NCBI GenBank assembly: GCA_028534125.1 | Contig: CM052816.1 | Coordinates: 22,322,001-22,386,000 of the forward strand | Direction of reading: 5' to 3' | Source of the DNA: Lama glama | Lineage: Eukaryota | DNA length: 64,000 nt | Shown: positions 59,150 to 64,000 of the stretch, piece after piece | Numbering within the stretch: the stretch's first letter is position 1 | Layout: every line of letters begins with the position of its first letter | Translations under genes and position numbers: made by a program | The notes under the pieces: model-generated | Seen by the model: the letters and a program-made list of their open reading frames with translations, nothing else | Database searches by the model: none | What the model was told of the DNA's origin: nothing

Positions 59150-61420
59150 AACCGGAAGTCCAACAAATAGTGGTTTAAATAAGTAAGAGATTTAATTTTC
59201 TCACATATCAAGAAACACAGATGAAGGCAATCCTAGGCTGCTACAGGTCCTTAGTAACAGTATGGACTCAGGCTCTTTTTAAATTCCTGTTCTGCTACAC
59301 CTCGTGTTTGGTTTCCATCTTCATTGCTGCTGTCCCATCATATCTGCACTCTAAGCAGGAAGGGGGAAAAGGGCAAAAAGGAGAGTGCGAGTTTGGCCTA
59401 TGCCTTTTGAACAGGAAAACAATAGGTTTATTGGAAGCAACATCCAGTAGACACTTGCTTACACTGGCCAGAAAAGAGTCACAAGGTCTGGGAACTCACT
59501 TTTTTTTTCCTGCCTGTCACACTGCACCCTGAAAACAATTTTTTAGTTAGTAGGAAAGAATGAATATTGGAAAGGCAACAAGCAGTCCACACTTCTGGCC
59601 AGAGAACATGAAATATACACCCTTCTTTCCATAAAATACTACATCCATTTACTCCCTGACCTCTAAGGTCTGATCCAGATTCAAATCAAGGCTCTCTGGC
59701 TTATATGCTAGCCTTTCCATTAGGTCCAGCTGTGGCTCACATGGTAGGTATCTACTGGACCATAGTAAAGGGTAAACAGGATACAGCAATAAAAACCTGG
59801 AATGGAAAACACATGGTGGTCAATGCTCCACAGCAAATCCTAAATCCTGTACAGGAAGAGCAAGAACTCTTTGCTTTTGGCAAAGCAATAATCAGCCAAT
59901 CTGGCAGTACTTAATCCGGTTTTCTGGGACACCCAAAGACTCTCTCTCATCCACTGTCCTCCAAGGCTCCAGGTCTGTTCTCTGGGGGATCCAGACAGGG
60001 GGATATTAGGGAAAATGCCCCTCTTTGAGGCTCTGAAGCTTTCATAGTCCACTTCTTGTTGATATGAGTTCAGGAAACCAGGGAGAGTCTTAAGAGTTGA
60101 GGAGAGCTAGCCAGGTTTGGGGTTTCTCAGCAATATCATTTATTCAAAAACTTTACAGGCTCTAGGTCTATTTTTTCCCAGTCATTTCCATGTACAAGTA
60201 GCTACAGGCAAACAACTTGACACAGTTATTAAGCATGAAGATTTTCATCCTTTGGTAATGGATTCTATGCTGTCCCATCTCCCTGACCCTTAGCTTAGTG
60301 GACATTTTTTAATGCAGTGAAAAACTATCAACCCCAGTGAGTAAACGCGTCCTTATAGTTGACCTTTGTCTGGCAAATGAGAAAGGCTTAGGGTACTGAT
60401 TTTATTTCATATTAGAGCTCAGAGGCTTCCTGCATGTATTGCCTTCAGTTTTAGTGGATAAGAGCAACTGGCATTTTTAAGCCTGCAAGGCTCTAAATTA
60501 TAGGACTCTCAATCAATGAGACTTTAGGATGTAGCAAGAAGTGTCCCTTAGCAAAGTAGTACTTCTTTCCATCTTTGCTTTGCAGACTGACTAGCTTAAT
60601 CTGCATTAATCTTCTTTTTCAATATTTTGCTGAAAGCAGGAGGAAATAACCAGTACACACTGACAGTCTGGTTATTTCCCTTACTGCTGTAACTGTACTC
60701 CCAGAAGGCAGGAGGAGGGGCTGATCTGACATTCACCACTGCATAACAAGGACCACCAGCTTAGAGCCTGTAATGCTCAGGTCCATGTCAATACTACTTC
60801 CCTCTATCCCTGCCTTCCAGTCGACTAACTTGGCATTTTAGGTTGTGTAATTTTCAGTATCTCAGCTCTGGTTACAACTTCTTTTGTTCTTAGTTATAAG
60901 TAACAGATGCCTACTCTGGCTAACTAGGAATAAAAGGCATTTATTAACAGTTTGCTGGTCTAACTCACAGAATTATTGTGAGGGCTTAAGAATCAGGCAG
61001 GCTTGAGGCTAAGCTTCCATGAACAATGTCCAAAGGCTTACCACAGAACTGGCCTGATGACGAAAACTGCTGCTGCTTACGGAGCACAAGAAAAAACTAC
61101 CACCATTTCTACCCTCAAGGAGCACAAGATGCTACACTTGACATGTTGCCAGAAAATCAGCTTTACTACATCTGTTCCTGCTACCACACCAGTGACACTT
61201 CTGGATCAATAACTTGACTGTGCAACCAATGATCTTAACTCTTGCCAGCAAAATAGATTCTGTGCCAAGAGTCTTTTCTCAAGATCATTTCTGAATACAG
61301 GTAATATGCTGCATCTATGTTAAACATCTGTGCCTGAGCAGCAAGGGAAACTGAGGAAGTGAATATTCTAGATTCTATCTTGGGGATTTAGAACTCATAG
61401 AGATGAAAATTCCTGAAACA
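59150..61420 (-). mobile_element. MaLR (MLT1) provirus relic: LTR ~59150-59591, internal ~59592-60880, second LTR ~60885-61420
   Basis: First LTR 'aatagtggtttaaataag...tgaatattggaaaggcaacaagcagtccaca' (MLT1I/J-like). PBS-region-like 'ctctggttacaacttc' at ~60866. Second LTR 'cttagttataagtaacagatgcctactctggctaact...gcaagggaaactgaggaagtgaatat' (MLT1N/O-like). Confidence 0.6.
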
Positions 61421-61889
61421 AAACAAAGATATTCAAAAATTGGTTCAGAAAATCCATCAAATATTCATTCTCTATCTCTTTACACAATTTACCTTATTAG
61501 GTAAGCTTGGGAATGAAAAGGCACTCTATAGTTGAGTTTTTCTGAATTCACTTAGGCTGAACATATCACAGGTATATTTATATGTAGTATACTATTTTTC
61601 ACTGTAATTTTGTTTTATTGACTAAAAAATTCCTAACTTTGCTCTCTAAATTAGATATCAAAGTACTGTAACAACATTAATTTAGGAAGTTGTCAGATCT
61701 CAGAAAGGAACTACACTAAGAACATGGTTTATTTCCTATACTTCAGGTTCCTGAAAGATTTTCTCTATTATGATCATATTAAATGTGTCATTTAAAAAGT
61801 AATTCCCTTAAAATAAAAATGCTTTAAGTAAATTATGATCCCAAATCAAATTTCAGGTCAAGATTTAAAAAAAAATAGTAATAAAAAAA

Positions 61890-62040
61890 AAGGAATACAC
61901 AGGTCCAAACTCATTTTATGAGGCCAGCATTACCCTGATACTAAAATCAGACAAGCACACTGAAAAGAGAATTACAGGCCAATATCCTTGATGAACAAAG
62001 GTGCAAAAACCCTCAACAATACATTAAAAGGACCATACAT
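61890..62040 (+). mobile_element. Isolated internal L1 ORF2 (RT N-terminal) fragment
   Basis: 'ccaaactcattttatgaggccagcattaccctgatactaaaatcagac' encodes PNSFYEASITLILKSD. Confidence 0.8.
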
Positions 62041-62153
62041 TCCAAGTTGTGCATTTGTTTCCCAATTAAAAAAAATTTATCCCCCCCCAATATAGCGATT
62101 AAAGAATCAAATCTGTTCTATCTTGAGCCCACAGGCATAAAGTAGGAAAGAGA

Positions 62154-62155
<2 letters not shown>

Positions 62156-62188
<33 letters not shown>

Positions 62189-62236
62189 GCACACACACAC
62201 ACACATATATCCACATACATATATATACATATATAT
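62156..62236. repeat. (TA)n/(CA)n microsatellite
   Basis: Read directly from the sequence. Confidence 0.95.
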
Positions 62237-62554
62237 CTTAATAGAAAGAATGAGGCCATATTTAAGGTAATATAGTATTATATACTAATAATCATGTAAG
62301 AGTCAAAATTTTCAATCCTGTTGGAAAATTATCATACTTAAAACCAGGCATTTGAAATACAGTTATCAAATTCAGTTACATAAAATAACCTAAATTTTTA
62401 TTCATGTAATAAAAATAATATTTAACTATAATTACTCACATAAAATTTTGGCTACACTACACACAAGCTCTAAAGATTATTATTATTATTAAGATTAAAG
62501 CTAATGAGTACAAATTTTCAATTTAGGATTAGCTATCTTTACTGCCATTATAAC

Positions 62555-63910
62555 ACAGAAATAGGTGTACACATATACAATTATTTATTTTTATGACAAA
62601 GGTGACCCTATGCTACAGTAGGGAAAGAGTGGTCTTTTCAAAAAATGATGCTGGATCAACTGAATATTCAGATGTGAAAAAATAAATCTTGACTCCCACC
62701 TCGTATCACATACAAAAATCAATTCTAGTTGATAGAAACAACCAAATGGAGAAGATCAAACAACAAAGCTTTGGGAAGAAAGCACAGGAGAATCTATTCA
62801 TGACCTTGCTTGTGATTTGCAAAGATTTCTTAAACAAGAATCAAAAGTATTAACCGTAAAGAAAAAAAGGGATAAGCTGGACTACATTAGAGTTAAAAAC
62901 TTCTCATCAAAACATAAAATTAGCGAAGTGAAAAAGCAAGCCAAAAAATAAAAGATTCTTCTAATACATATATCCAACAAAGGCTTTATATTCAAGACAT
63001 ATAAAGAATTCCTTCAAATCAATAATAAAGAGGCAGATAACTTCTTAGAAAAATGGGCAAAAGGCTTGAACAGCTATTTCATAAAAGAGAATATCCAAAT
63101 GGCCATTTTAAAACAACTGAAAAGGTGCTAGTAATTAATTAATTACCAGAGGAATGCAAATTAAAATCACAATGTGATACCACAACATAACCACCAGAAA
63201 GGCTAAAATAAAGAGATGCACAATATCAAGAGCTGGTGAGGATATAAAGCAACTGGGGTTCTCAGATACTGCTGCTGGAAGTCTAAATTAGTCTAACTAC
63301 TTTGGAAAACTGGTTAGCAGTATCTATCAAAGCTGAATAAACACATACCATATGATCCAGAAATTTCACTGCTAAATACACATGCACTGAAGAAAATGCA
63401 TTATATATGTGTATGTATTTGTACATGTATGTGTGTGTGTCTGTGTGTGTATTATGCCAAAAGACACTTACAAGAATGGTCGTAGAATCATTATTCATTA
63501 TAACCCCAAATTAGGAAAAAAACCAAAGGAACAATAGCAGAATGGATAAATTGTAGTATAGTCCAACAACATTCATGGAAATGTTGCTATACACAATAAT
63601 AAAGATGAATCTCACAAATACAATGTTGAGAGAAAGAAGGGAGACAAAATAGTAATCCTATATGATTCCATGTATATAAAGTTCAAACACTTTTATTATA
63701 CTAGGTTAAATATTGATAGTGTTAAAAGTCAGAACAGTGGTTATACTTGTGGGGAGGGGCTGACTGCGAGGAGCATGAGGAGGGGGCTTTTGGGATACTG
63801 GTTACATAATATAACTTGAGTGGATGCTGGTTGCACAGATACTTCACTTTGCAAAAATTCACTGGGCTATACTGTTACAAATTGTGAACTTTTCTGTTTG
63901 TATGTTGTTT
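62555..63910 (+). mobile_element. Old L1M (L1MC/ME-like) ORF2 3' end and 3'UTR
   Basis: 'ggtcttttcaaaaaatgatgctggatcaactg', 'aaatgggcaaaaggcttgaacag', 'ctttggaaaactggttagcagtatct', 'atgaatctcacaaatacaatgttgag'. Confidence 0.8.
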
Positions 63911-64000
63911 CTATCGTTGTTGTTGTTGTTGTCATCCCCTCAAATACTTTAGGGAATGAAAACCAAATATTATGTGAAATGAGATTCTGGTGAAACCCCA

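Noticed and set aside
1..64000. Prokaryotic-type systems (CRISPR arrays, operons, defence islands)
   Set aside because: The sequence is mammalian and repeat-rich, with no regularly spaced repeat-spacer array or dense coding structure.

Overview
Mammalian genomic DNA, very likely camelid (camel/alpaca/llama), judged from four tRNA-Ala-like Vic-1/ALPINE-type SINEs and a camelid-type young L1 3' end. The only gene signal is a CpG-island promoter at ~14.4-15.5 kb. It has a non-coding first exon on the minus strand ending in a strong ACG|GTGAGT donor at 14961/14960. Bases 1-14960 are therefore read as intron 1 of a gene I cannot name, because no coding exon is visible. The remaining ~49 kb upstream is intergenic and dominated by repeats: L1 (several nested), L2, MIR, HAL1, MaLR/ERVL LTRs, an ERVL gag-pro relic and hAT MERs. 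None of the listed ORFs looks like a real host protein. I found no new multi-gene system. The most unusual local structures are: an ~80 bp direct repeat bracketing the CpG island; a tailless 5'-half tRNA-Gly(TCC) insertion next to a fold-back templated insertion; a young L1 tail inserted into the YY1 motif of a doubly deleted full-length L1; and short 3'-transduction-like tags on an L1 and a SINE. Repeat family names come from recalled consensus sequences rather than a database search, and most repeat boundaries are approximate.
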